Below, piece by piece: positions 37,316 to 49,490 of a stretch of 60,444 nucleotides of DNA; positions within the stretch are counted from its first letter, which is position 1, and each line of letters begins with the position of its first letter. Location: positions 440,369-500,812 of the forward strand of contig NW_008246069.1 of the NCBI RefSeq assembly GCF_000281045.1, given 5' to 3'. Source of the DNA: Saprolegnia diclina VS20 (Eukaryota). The position numbers and the translations under genes are program-made. The notes under the pieces were generated by a model. That model saw only the letters and a program-made list of their open reading frames with translations, did not search any database and had not been told where the DNA came from.

Positions 37316-39281
37316 TTAGAACGTCTGGTACTCGGCGAGCTCGTCGGCGTGGCGGGCTTCCATGCGCTTGATCTCGTCTTCGCACTCGTCGACTTGTTCT
37401 TGGAGCTTCTCGCAGAGGGCCTCAAGCTTCCACTTGTCTATTCACACGTCTCATGACTGCATCCAGACGACGTCGTACCGTCGGTCAAGCTGAGCACTTG
37501 GGCCTTTGTCGTCGCGAGCTCGGCCGAGAGCTCGGCGATGCGTTCTTCGTGGGCGGCTTTCAAATCGTGCATTTGTTGCGTCATCTCGGTCACCAGCTTC
37601 TTCCGAACACGCACTTCCTGCTGAAAGTGGGCGGCATCCTTGGCCTGGAGCTCCTTCTGCAGCGCCTGGTTCTCTTCGCGCAGCAGTGCCAGCTCAGGGC
37701 TCTTGGACTCGGCAGCTGCCACCGACTTGCGGGGCAGAAGGGTCACACGCGCAGGCGCTCGCTTGAGCATCTTCTTCTTGACCAAGACAGCTTTGTCATC
37801 CTGCGTGGTGTTGGGCGGTGCGTTTTCGGTCATGCGGGCTGGCATCGACGGCCGCTTGCGCTTCTTGTGCCCGTCTGTGTCGTACTCTTGCTTGGCCACC
37901 GACTTGCGCGCTCGGATCGGCGCTGTCACGACGTCCTTGGCGATCGCGCCATACTCGAGCGTCCGAAGCGTCTCTTCAAACTCCAAGTTGGACGGGTTCA
38001 CAGCCACGATCATGATGATGCGCCCGGCCCGCGTATGGCCGCCGACCAGCGACTCTTGAAAGAGCTATGTAGATACACGTTGCTACTAGCCTTTGACAAG
38101 ATGAATCAAGCGTACGCGTGTGAGCTTGGACGACCGGAACGGCACGGGGCGCTTCGCCTTGGGGTTTTGCTGGTTCCAGCGCAGCGTCTCGAGGCATTGG
38201 TTGAGGTTCATGAGCGACTTGTTGATGTTGCTCGCTTCTTGGAGACGGAGGCCCGACGCGCCAGTCTTGGCGCCACGCTCGCAGCCCGCCAGGTCGACAA
38301 TGGAGATCTGCAAACGCCGTGTTGAACGCCTAGATAACCCTCGGAGTGCTACCTTGCTCCACAAGCGACTGGGTTCGCTCTTGCGGTAGATTTGCAGCGA
38401 AAAGACGCAGTGGCTGCGGCTGGAGTCCGTGTTGCAGCGGGTCTCGGCCACTTGGCGGTTCTTTTGGCCGTACTCGAGCGTCGCCTTGGCGTCGTCAAAA
38501 GAGAGAATCCGGCGCTCCTCGAGGTCCTTGACGTGCACGCGGCCGTCCTTCTCCTGCAGCTGGAGGAATGCTCGCCTACGCCGACCCTTGGTACGATATT
38601 CCAGGTAACAAGGCAGTGTACTTGGGGTTGGCGGGCGCCATGAGGTCGTAGACCTTTTCGTTGTAAATCTCGAGGTACGACGCCGTGACGTCATAGTCGT
38701 CGGTGTGCTGGAAGAGGTACGCAAAGGTCTCGGGGAGGATGCCCGGGTTCTCGTTGCTGCCTACAATAGCCGGCTCGTGAGGCGTCGATGCACCGAGAAA
38801 GGGTGTGTACCAAGGATCGTGTACGTCTTGCCCGAATTGGTCACGCCGTACGCAAAGACGAGGCCGTTCTTGCCGTCGAGTGCCTCCTCGACGATCGACT
38901 GCGTCGTCTTGGCGAAGAGCTCCTGCTGCGTCGTCTCGGGCCGAAACACTTGGGAAAAGTGGAACGTGACCACGGATTCGTTCAGCCGGCTCACCTAGCA
39001 CGACGCATGAGGCGACGACGCAGCGAGTGGCTTCTAAGTACTCGAGGCGTCGTGGCCACAAGGCACGTGTCCGAGACGACGCGGAAGACGTCGGCGGCGT
39101 CCATGGCCGGGCGCAAGCGGACGTAGATCTACAGGACGGTCCTTGGTCGTGATGGCCTCATGGGCTGGGCGTCTACCTGGACTTTGTCGACAGGCTTCTT
39201 CGGCGCGGTCGGCGTCGGCGGGCCATAGCTCAGCCGGCGCTGGGTCTCGGCCTCGGCAGCGGTCGGTCCGGACAAGTCCAT
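37316..39281 (-). CDS. Kinesin motor protein, kinesin-6 (MKLP/KIF20-like), multi-exon
   Basis: YGVTNSGKTYT P-loop, SYLEIYNEKVYDL, NTDSSRSH, IVDLAGCER, VPFRSSKLT; coiled-coil tail. Confidence 0.9.
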
Positions 39282-40214
39282 GGCACACGCGCCGTGGTCA
39301 ATTTGAAAATTCAAGAGGGTGCCACCGGATACGAGAGTGGTATCCGAAATCTGTGCCGCGATCGTAAATTCGGCATATGCCGCGAAATCGTGTGCCGCTT
39401 CCCACGATTCGAGTCACAACGCAGTACGAGTTGGTGTGATTTCCGTCAGTCAATGCGTTTGGGCTCTTGTCGACTTCTTTGAGAGTACGTAGCAGTGCAG
39501 GCGCAAGTTGACCACGAGATAGATCTTGATTCGAGTCCCAGAGAAAGCCTCACTTTTCCACAGTTGCCACGAAATGAATCGAGATGACTCAGGTCAGGCG
39601 GTATATTACCGGAATTACCCAATGGGTGTCGTTCTTCGAAGTGGTCCATCGACAAGCTACTTGATCGACCTACGATCCTTGATTTCTTCCCACTACTCCC
39701 GCGCGGTCAGGCCTCGGCGGAGCACGAGCTGGGGAGACCAATCGATGCACCGGAGGGCCACGTTGGCGCTTTCGCGGCCGTGAGCCAGACCCGTGTTGCG
39801 TAGCTCCACTTGGATGCGACCTTGGGCCAACCTGGAGCTGCAGCACCCGAAGGTACACGGAGCGTTCTCACTTGAATTCGCGGGCTGAGATGACTCATCT
39901 CTACGGTGTATTCACGTCTAGGACATTCTGGTCGAATCATACCATTATAGCCAACACTGGATCACACATTTGTCCATTCGAAAACGACAAGCTCCGTGGT
40001 ATCGCAGACCTCTTCGTCCTAGAACGTGGGTACCGATACTTGATGCAATTGGATCAATTGTGAGCAGAGTTCAAGATACCCGGAACGTTGGTGTACAGTG
40101 TACTATGCATGACTGCTGACTGATTGCCAATTCTAAATCTGGCGCAAGCGCGCCGCCGTTTCGCTTCGTACAGCGCGAAAGCCTCCATCTCCTAGCATTC
40201 ATTCGTCGCTGACG

Positions 40215-42140
40215 ATGCCGCACGACTCATCCCGCTCCAGCACGCATCGCAACTCGTGGATCACCAGTAGCACGCCGTCAGCCGACGCCAAGAAGCGCGC
40301 TTCATTCAAAGTCTGGTCACGGCTCCTCGCTAACCTCACGGCCTACATCACGGTCGCGATCTCCTTGTCCTCGAGCGTAGTCGCTCTTGGCACTGGAGCA
40401 TTGAACCGACGGCTCCTCTTCTATAGCGCGGCAAACGACGTCTATCGCCCGCTCTCGCAGACGTGTCGTCTGACGTCGAGTGGGTTTGCCCCCAACTCGT
40501 GCTCGCGTGACGAGTGGAGCTTACTTGCGACGCCCGCTGCGTGGATCGCAACCGGCAACCAGCTCGCACACCTCCTTGATGTCCCGCCGGCATCAACGCT
40601 CTACGTCACAACGTGCGTCGTCGGCTGCAATGACAAGTCCTCTGCGTCGGTCCAGCTGCTCATGGGCTACAACAGCTATCCAGAATGCAACCCAAAACAC
40701 GGAGGTCAGCCCATCGCTGGTCTTGTTCTCCTCGAAGGCGCTACTGTCGACGAAGTCTACCCCCAAGGCGCGTACCTTCTGACGGTTTTTGCAGACGCGT
40801 CAATGAACCAAACGACCATGTTTGTCGACAGCGACGACATTGAAACGCGTGTCGTTGACAACGTCGCGCGAGTCCTCGTCGGTGTCGATGGGAGCTCGCA
40901 GACGTATGCGGATGGCGCCAACGCCATTTTGCGCTCGACGCCGCTCGGTGCGCACTACGGTATCGAAGCGTCGTGCACGGCACAGATCGCCGACGTATCA
41001 ACAAAGGTGCAAGGCCAGCCAGGCTGGAGCTATGGTGAGCATTCGAAAATTGCTGTCGTCACGGGCAAGGCGTGTGGACATTCGGTCGCGAATGCGTTGG
41101 AGATTGAGTTGCTGCTGGCGCTTGCGTTTGTCGTGACGCTTATTGGGTGCTCGGCCGACATCGTCACGACGATCCAAGGAGTCCGTGGCGTCCTGCAGCA
41201 AAAGCCCGTGCTCACCTATGACTTCATCTCGAGCTTGGAGCGACGCCGTGGCCTCCTTGGCATCGGCATTTGCAATGTGTACCCAGCGGCCATCTATCTC
41301 GACGTCGGTCGGCTCTATGACCCGTCGTCAGCATATGGAAAGCTCGTGTGGTTTTGCGCTGCCAACGTCGTCGCCATGCTCTTTGCGTGGGGTACATTGT
41401 GGCTTAGCTTTTTCATCTCGTCCATTCCGAGTCCACGACCACTGCTACGCTATCGGCTGATGCCAAGATCCGCCTCGGTGTTTCTCTACACGAGTCTTTT
41501 CGGCATCTTCTTGGACGTACTTTCTCGGCACGAGATATTGTTCTCCAATACAACCGCCTCTAACACGCTCACATTGCACTTGGACGGGCAAGACTGTCCA
41601 TGCGGTGCGTATGCTACCGCTTCGATTCCGCCGGCAATTCACAACGTACTGCCGGCCATCTTGACTTGGCTTGCCGTCTCGTATCTTGCGAGTGTGGTCT
41701 TCGGCGTCTGCAAACTGCGGTTCTTCCGAAACAAGTGGCTTCTCGACGCGAAATGGACCAAAGACAACGTCTTTATCAAGGTCTGCGGTGCTCCGCACTG
41801 GACGACAACGCTGCCGTTCGACACGGCTGACACGGTGCGCATTGGGTATCGACTCTTTTGCAAGCCCAACATGGTAGCCCGCTTGGGCTTTGCAGCGTTC
41901 TCTGCCAAGCCAGCAGCCCAGCACGTGCTCGCAGAAGGCTGCGCGAAAAGTAGTGATATCGACGTGGTCTACCTCGTTAGCATCTATGACTTTTTTCCAG
42001 CGCTCATCCCACCCCGCTGGCGAACGTACGCGCCCAAGATCCTCGGAGAGATCAAGAGGAACGACCTTCAACCGCCCAGTTCACGGCGTCTCGCGCCGTC
42101 CAAGCAGTATATCTCGACGCGAGGGTCGTGCGTCGGATAA
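40215..42140 (+). CDS. Multi-pass transmembrane protein of unknown function (paralog 2), 641 aa
   Basis: Intact ORF, colinear with 27918-29915. Confidence 0.8.
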   Translation: MPHDSSRSSTHRNSWITSSTPSADAKKRASFKVWSRLLANLTAYITVAISLSSSVVALGTGALNRRLLFYSAANDVYRPLSQTCRLTSSGFAPNSCSRDEWSLLATPAAWIATGNQLAHLLDVPPASTLYVTTCVVGCNDKSSASVQLLMGYNSYPECNPKHGGQPIAGLVLLEGATVDEVYPQGAYLLTVFADASMNQTTMFVDSDDIETRVVDNVARVLVGVDGSSQTYADGANAILRSTPLGAHYGIEASCTAQIADVSTKVQGQPGWSYGEHSKIAVVTGKACGHSVANALEIELLLALAFVVTLIGCSADIVTTIQGVRGVLQQKPVLTYDFISSLERRRGLLGIGICNVYPAAIYLDVGRLYDPSSAYGKLVWFCAANVVAMLFAWGTLWLSFFISSIPSPRPLLRYRLMPRSASVFLYTSLFGIFLDVLSRHEILFSNTTASNTLTLHLDGQDCPCGAYATASIPPAIHNVLPAILTWLAVSYLASVVFGVCKLRFFRNKWLLDAKWTKDNVFIKVCGAPHWTTTLPFDTADTVRIGYRLFCKPNMVARLGFAAFSAKPAAQHVLAEGCAKSSDIDVVYLVSIYDFFPALIPPRWRTYAPKILGEIKRNDLQPPSSRRLAPSKQYISTRGSCVG

Positions 42141-42370
42141 GCCGTCGGATACAACATATCCGTTCCTATGCTGCTTTTGGTACCAGAGGTCCAAACGCTG
42201 GAGCAAGTGCATACTCTGGGCGCTCTGGTGATTTGTGCGCATTTTTGGTTTCATCAAGTGTCATGCCGAAAATAAAAATGTGGCAATGTGGCAAATGCGT
42301 ATCCGGAAATCGAGCGTTTGGATCCGGAGGATGGCTTTTGGCGCGGACCGGTCACAGGACAGCGCGGGCC

Positions 42371-45076
42371 ATGGACGAGTACGACGAAGTCGATGAGTGG
42401 GAGATGATGTATGGCGGGGACATGGAGGCCGCCAACGAGCTCGCCGCCATGGAGGACGAGCCCCCGCGGGCGCCAGCCCCAGCATCGGTGGCCGCCATCG
42501 CCCCGACGCAACCTGTGGTCCTGGACAGCGACGACCCGATGGGCGAGCCGCCGGTCGTCGCCCACGCGGTCCCGCGTGCAGAGAAGGCGCATGCACCTCA
42601 GCATCTTCCAGATGACAAGTACGTCCTCAAGCGACCGGCCCTCGATGTGCGCAGCGTCCCCGTCGTCCTCGCGTCGGGCGAGCGCGTCTTCCTCCGCGCC
42701 AAGCAGCTGGACGAGGCGCCAACTTTGCTCGAGAAGGAAGATAAGGCCAAGCTACAGTGGAAGCTCGGCGTGCCCATCAAAGAGATGATGACCAGCATTG
42801 AACAGGTATGGCATCCTACCTGTCAAGCTCCGCCTCATGGCTTGTGAGTAGCGCAAGGTGCAAGCGGTCGTCGACGCCGACGATATGGACGCTAAAGATA
42901 CGTCGCCAAGCACGCACCACGACGAGCTTTGGCTCAACAAGTACCGCCCCAAGCACTTTATCGACCTCCTCAGCGACGAACGGACGAACCGCGACGTGCT
43001 CGGCTGGCTCAAGTCCTGGGACCCATGCGTCTTCAAGACCAAGCCCAAGCCATTGCCCAAACCCGCGTTTCGCTTTGGCGAAGCGTCGGCGCCCGAGCCC
43101 GAGCCGTCCGATGACATTCGCCCCGAGCACAAGGTGCGTACATCGCAACGTTGCATTTGCATTCCATGCAAGTGTAGATCATCTTGCTTTGCGGGCCGCC
43201 GGGTGCAGGCAAGACGACTCTGGCAGGGATCGCCGCGCGTCATGCTGGCTACAACCCTATCGAAGTCAATGCGAGTGACGACCGCACGGCCAGCGTCTTG
43301 CGCGAAAAGGTCCATTCGACGCCTCCTCTTGCCGTATGGTTGACGCTGGCGGCGTTAGATCATTAGTGCCATGGAGATGCAGTCCATCTTTGGGAATGCG
43401 CGGCCCAACTGCATCATCCTCGATGAGATTGACGGCGCCTTGCACGGCAACGAAGGCCGCGGCGCGATAGCTGCGCTCCAAGATCTCATCGCTGTGCCCT
43501 ACTCGACCAAGAAGAAGGACAAGTCGTCCAAGAAAAAGAGCGACCACCCACTCATTCGGCCCATCATTTGCATTTGCAACGACCAGTACGCGCCTGTGCT
43601 GCGGCCGCTGCGGAAGCTCGCAAAAATCTTTGTGCTCGGAACGCCCGACCCGCGCCAGCTCATGTCGCGGCTCAAGTTTATCTGCAAGAAGGAGCACCTC
43701 GAGGGACCGACGTCGGTTCTCTCGACGCTCTGCACGCGCGCCGACAACGACGTGCGCTTCTGCCTCAACTCGCTTCAATTTGCGAGCGCCAAGACCAAGC
43801 AGGTCACGCCCACCATGATCGAAGACATAATGGTATTCTCCATTCTGCTTCGTATGATGCGTTACAACGGATGATATAGGGCCGAAAAGACTTGAGCAAA
43901 GGCGTCTACGATGTGTGGGACGTCGTTTTCTACGAACCGCGGCAAAAAAAGAAGGAGACCAAAGCGACCGGCTTTGCCCGCGTGTTTGAAGCCGCCGACC
44001 GCTTTGGCAGTCCTGACCTTGTCTTGAACGGTCTCCACGACAACATGTTGCAGCTTGTCTTCAACGACCCGACCATGTACACCTACCCCTCGTTGTTGTA
44101 GATTGACTTTGACCTCTGTGCTTAGGACCAAACTGCATGACGCGCTCGAGTGGATGGAGTTTGCCGACTTGTGCGAATCACGCATGCGGTCGCACCAGCA
44201 GTTTGCGCTCTTGGCGTACGCAGCGATCCCAGCCGTCGCCGTCTCGTATGCGTGCTGCACGGGCGCGCGGCGCCGCATCGAGTACCCCAAATCCCACTAC
44301 GACGTACGTCTCGTCTTGTCGATTCGCCAAGGACTTATGAAGCGCCTATCGTAGCACCGCCGGACACTGGAGAAGTCGCAGAGCATTCTGCAAGCCACCG
44401 TGGACGCAAACCCGTCGTTCCGCGTCGGGGCGCGCGTGCTGGCGCTGGACGTCATGCCGTTTCTGCTGCGCATTCTCAACCCGTTGATTGCGTCGCCCAA
44501 GGACGAGAAGCGCCAAATGGACCGTCTTGTCGCGCTGCTAGCGTCGCTCCACGTGTCGTACCGGCCCCTGCATCTCCCGGGTGGCATCACCGACTATGTC
44601 CTTGAACCGTGCGCTCTCTTTTGTATCGTATCCATCGACCAACACATTATGTACGCTAGGGCCATCCATGAACTAGTCCAGTACAAACACTTGGAGTCGG
44701 CGCGATCGCTCTTGCCCATCTCGATGCGGCAGCAGTTGGCCCGCGAAGTCGAGCTCGAGACCCTTCGCCGCGCTGAAAAGTCCGACCGGTTCCAAGAGGT
44801 GCCGACAACACCGACGAAAACAACGACGACGACAAGAACCATGGCGCCAACCACCGTGCTGCCACTGTCGCCCGTGGCGGCGCACCCGTTTGGCTATAAG
44901 AAGCGCAAGCGCCAAGACGACGTGACCGCGACACGCAAGCGGTACATCTCTATATATTCACCCTGTGGATCCTGAGACTCGTATTCAACTATGGTAGATG
45001 CCCCGTCCGGTTCAAGTTCAACGAAGGCTACACGAGTGGCATCAAGCGCCCCGTGCTCGTCCAAGACTTGTTGTAG
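42371..45076 (+). CDS. CTF18: Chromosome transmission fidelity protein 18 (alternative RFC clamp-loader subunit), multi-exon
   Basis: [68 protein letters not shown]-terminal [15 protein letters not shown]. Confidence 0.93.
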
Positions 45077-45140
45077 TCGGCTCTTCGTCACTGTATCTGC
45101 TATATCTCAAGAGACCTCTTCGCTCTCGTATCGCATTGCA

Positions 45141-46817
45141 TGTTGTGCACCGCAAGACGATCCATCGCACTTCTTGCTCGAGTGTACAAGACAACGTCTA
45201 ACAGAGGTTCTGGTGATTTTGTCATACTAACTTAATCTCTTCTATCGACTACGCTCCTCGACTAGTTCACTTCGTACTGGTGAGACTGCGAGTACAACTT
45301 TGCACTACAGCGAGTCTGTTGCATCGATATACACTCAAACGGCCAGCATTATTGAGGCGGAACTGTCATTCTTGGCCGCCTTTTCTGCGACGAAACAGTC
45401 GCCAAGAGGCAGCCGAGATGGCGCGCGATGCGACTGTGACCATCGACGCCGTGCACCGACGCAGCGTAAGCAACAACAACTACGAAGGGCGCAAGAGCAT
45501 TCGCAAGTCGGTGGTTGCCCCCGAGGCCGCGCACGAACCTCACTACGACGACAAGGCCGACTCGATGGTCGGTAACCCCGAAGTCGACGCGCCGGAAGAA
45601 TCGTCGCCGCCGCCAATCAAATATCGGCCGTCTTACAGCCGGCCGTACGACCTGCCACCGCCCAAAGCACCTCTGCCAAAGGCAATACAGGGTCTTGGCC
45701 CGCGCGTCAGCTCATGGATTTGACGTAGCGGGTCGTCGCGACAAGCGAAAAGAGTTCCACCGACGACGACGGACCAAGGACCATTGTCAACGCGCACTCA
45801 CGGACGCTCTTGGAATTAAAAAGGCGCAAGCCGTCGCTCGTGGACCCGAGCTTGAAGGTCGAGGACCGGTAAGGATACACCAAGTCTCCATCTCTTTTTC
45901 GAAGTCTCTAAATCGTAGGCTGCAGCAATTGGGGCTCGTCTACGCCCAAAAGCAAGCCTCCAAGCAAGCCATCAATGCAACGCACCAGTGTACGTTTACG
46001 CCGGCCATTTCGTATCACTCGTCCAAGCTCTCGCGCCACGGCAGCGTGCACGACCGCCTCTATGGCCTCGCCAAGGCACCGACACGAGCACCCGATGCGG
46101 CATCAACCACAGCCTCTCCAGCAAAGCCAGCCACATCCAATACAGCAACGTCGGCGGGCGAGCGACTCTACCGAAAAGCCCGTGAATTCCAGGTCAAGCA
46201 GGACGCAGTCCGCGCCGCTGAAGCCGCGGAAGCCGCTTCACTGCGCGTACGATATACCTCCTTTGCCTGTTCCCCGGTCCGAATACGATGGGATTAGAAT
46301 GCGCGCAAAATGAGCGCCAAGAGTCTCCGCCTCGTGGAGCGTAGTACCAAGCCGCCCCAGCCTGTGCCGACGTCCGCATCAAGTCCACCGGCTCGCACCA
46401 AGCAAGTGACGACCGCCCAAGCACGCGCCATCTACGACCGTCAGCTGCAGTGGAAGGAAGCCAAGGACGCGAGAAGCGCTCGCATCCGGTGGCAACAAGA
46501 TCGGGACGAGCAGCAAGCGTGCACGTTCCAAAACCCGTACGCCGACATGGCGACGCCGCCGCTGCACGATGCGTCGTTCTTTGACAAAGCGATCGAATGG
46601 GCCAAGGCCAAGGACGCGGTGGTGCGCCAGAAGCAGCAAGCCCGCCAAGCAGAGGAGCTCGCAGCCTGTCCGTTCAAGCCACAGCGGCCACCGCGGCCGC
46701 GCCGAAGAGACCCGAGCGGTCTCGAAGCCATCATTGCGACGTTCCAAGCGGTACTTTCACTGGTATGACGAAGGCCCTTATTTGTGAGTAGGAACACTAT
46801 GCGCACGCCCCACTGCC
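45141..46817 (+). repeat. Direct segmental duplication, copy A (copy B at 49252-50887)
   Basis: Near-identical ~1.65 kb including promoter, introns and CDS; identity ends at CCCCACTGCC (46817/50887). Confidence 0.95.
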
Positions 46818-47418
46818 AACGTTGCGGATGAAATGGTACTTGATGTCGATGTGCTTGGCTCGCGTGGACGATACTTGGTCTTCCATCGTCTTGAGTGCGC
46901 TTTGGTTGTCGACCCACAGGTTGACCGGCTCCTTGGTCTTGATCATCTTGATCTCATTGAGTAGTTGCTTGATCCAGAGGGCTTCTTGCGTGCCGGTGCA
47001 TGCGCCGATGTACTCGGCTTCCATGGAGGCGCTTCAAGGCATAGCAGTCAGTCGTGTTGTGAGTGTCACGCCTGCAGCGCTCGCACCACATTTGTCGAGG
47101 ATTCGATGGCGTTGGAGACGTGTCCGACGGCTTGTCGTCGTCGCCGCCACCGCCGCGGCTGCCGCGATTGCGCGGGGTAGGTGTGGTGAAATGGGTATGC
47201 GCATGCTTGGGCGTCTTGTAGCCCACGCCGGTTCCGACTTCGTGCGTGAGGTACGTGATGACGTTGTTGAGCTTCCGGAAATCGTTCCACTCATTGTCAA
47301 AGCCGAGGGCCAGCTTCATTGTTTCTGCTCGCTCGGGGCACGCATGGTTTACAAAGTAACGGATGACCATGGGAACCGGGAGCTGGAACTGCCGTTGGAC
47401 GTGACGGTAAAACCGTAG
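45418..47418 (+). CDS. CTFxP-repeat protein copy A, lacking the WW domain; last exon reads in frame into antisense copia sequence (chimeric gene or pseudogene)
   Basis: After intron 46751-46791 the frame EHYAHAPLP continues TLRMKWYLMS... through ORF 46822-47418. Confidence 0.5.
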
Positions 47419-49222
47419 GTGAGCGAGCCACGACGTCGATACGGGTTTGGGAGCCTTGAGGAGTTCGGCAGCCTGGTTTGGCGAGAGAAGCGACTTGAAG
47501 GTGCGTCCGAGCCGAATGACGAGGTCGTAGTAGCCAAACGTGCGGCCTTCAAGTGCGACGTCGTCGTGCCACTCGTCTCGTTAGTGGTTGTAGCATTCGA
47601 GAGCTTCGCCGCTGAGCTTTTGTATGAGAGCGCCGCGTCGTTGATCGTCGTTCCACTCGTGGTCGGGGAGACACGCCTTGTTGTGAGCAATGGCGTCTTC
47701 GAACGAGCGGAGCCAAGATGGAAAGTCGCTGCCGAGGCCGGGGTACGTCTCTTGACCTGAAAATTCCTTGCACTTGAGGTTCCAGTCGGAGCTGGATGAA
47801 GATCGGGTCGGGGTGGGTGGGACATACGGCGGGTAGCCTGGCGGGTTTCCCGGGGGATTCCCAGGCGGGTGTCCTGGCGGGTTGCCTGGCGGTTCGCTGT
47901 AAACCGATCTGCTCCCCATGGACGCGTCGCGTTGAGCTTGCTCTTGCATTTGGCGAATCTCGTCGTCGAGTTGTCGTGCACGAGCAGTCGCTGCTTGAGC
48001 TTCATGTTGGGCTGAGAGTCTTTCGGCTTCAGCGTTTTGGGCTCGTGCTATCGCGGCGTCTCGCTCGGCTTGGATTCTGTTTGCGGTTGCGGCGACGCGT
48101 TCGCGTTCCATAGCGATGGCGCGGGCGACGGCGTCCGCTTGCTCTTTGGATCGTCGTTTGTCATACGCAAGTCGTTCTTGGCGCGCTTGATCTGCGGCGG
48201 TGGCCTGATCTTGGCGTGCGCGTTCAATATGATCGTGCACTGCTTGTCGGTCGCGGTCGCTTTGGTCTTTTAGTTCCTTCATGTACGCTTGCGATTGTGC
48301 GGCTTGACGTTGACGCTCTTCGGCGTACTTCTCCTCTCGGCGTTGCTCGTCGAGCACTTGCTGTGTGCGCGTCTGCTCTTCATAGCGTCGTCGATCTTCG
48401 TCTCGGCGTTGCTCGTTTTCGCGCATTATCTCTTCGAGACGGGCTTGCTGCCGTGCAACAACTTCGTCGAGACGGGCTTGCTGTCGTGCGAGAGCTTCTT
48501 CGTGACGGGCTTGTTGCCTTGCTAGAGCTTCTTCGACGATCTTGGATGTTGACGTCGGTGTTGGTGGTTTTTGCGGGGTTGGTGCCGCCGCTGGCTCGAC
48601 CTTGATCTTGATCGAGTCCATGTCGTTCTCCGATCGAGGTGAAACTGATCGCTTCCTCGTGCCGGGTACTCGCGTGCTCTTCTCGACTTCAAGGCTCGCG
48701 GCTCTCGTCCGGGCGGCACGATCCTTCTGGCGCAGCCTGCTCCGTGACGGTCTTTCTTCGGGCTCGTTGGTATGCTCTTGTTGCATCCACGGGTCCCGGC
48801 TTCCTGGATCTTGCGACGTTCGTCTAGCAGTGTTGTCCTGGAGTGGTTTCGGAGAGTATGATCTTGGTCGGTTGGTTTTGCGCAACGCGACCTTTGGGGC
48901 GCCCTTCATCTTGTAACTGCTCCCTTCGTGGCTACGGTTTGGAGGGCCGTCGCCGCGGGTTCTGACGTCGCTGCTCTGTCGCTCGCTTGGTGTTGCGGCC
49001 GGCGCTGGCGTCGAGTTGTTGGGCTCATGTGCTCGGTTGCGATTCCGGCACGGTCGAGTGTGGTCGATCGTAACCCCAGATGAAGCCCTTGGGCTCATAA
49101 CCTGTTGGAAGACCCACCTTGGGGCTGTCGCCACACTCATGACTCGTACAGTCGGTGAAATGTAGAGTGATATTTATAGTCTTTAGCTATCTTGTAGTAA
49201 GTGCAATATGCAACTTCCAACA
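46818..49222 (-). mobile_element. Defective Ty1/copia LTR retrotransposon (5' LTR, PBS, gag with zinc knuckle, RNase H tail; PR/IN/RT deleted, 3' end lost)
   Basis: LTR TGTTGGAAG...CTTCCAACA; PBS GGTTATGAGCCC; CERCRRDTHNTTDC (CX2CX4HX4C); MEAEYIG...DNQSA...RAKHIDIKYHFIR copia RNase H; in-frame TAA at 47581-47583. Confidence 0.92.
49103..49222 (-). repeat. 120-bp copia 5' LTR with 9-bp terminal inverted repeats
   Basis: TG...CA termini; directly adjacent to the copia-type PBS at 49091-49102. Confidence 0.85.
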
Positions 49223-49490
49223 CTTCTTGCTAGAGTGCACAAGACAACGTCTGTTGTGCACCGCAAGACGATCCATCGCACTTCTTGCTAGAGTGCACAA
49301 GACAACGTCTAACAGAGGTTCTGGTGATTTTGTCATACTAACTTAATCTCTTCTATCGACTACACTACACCACTGCACTACAGCGAGTCTGTTGCATCGA
49401 TATACACTCAAACGGCTCGCAATACTGAGGCGGAACTGTCATTCTTGGCCGCGTTTTCTGCGACGAAACAGTCGCCAAGAGGCAGCCGAG

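Noticed and set aside
39880..39960. GGGCTGAGA resembling a TPP riboswitch core
   Set aside because: Downstream CCTGAT...GGATAATGCC..GCGTAGG elements are absent and no thiamine gene is adjacent
49221..49310. 32-bp repeat / 26-bp spacer / 32-bp repeat resembling a mini-CRISPR or second LTR
   Set aside because: Only two units and derived from host sequence at ~45168-45199; it is a duplication scar
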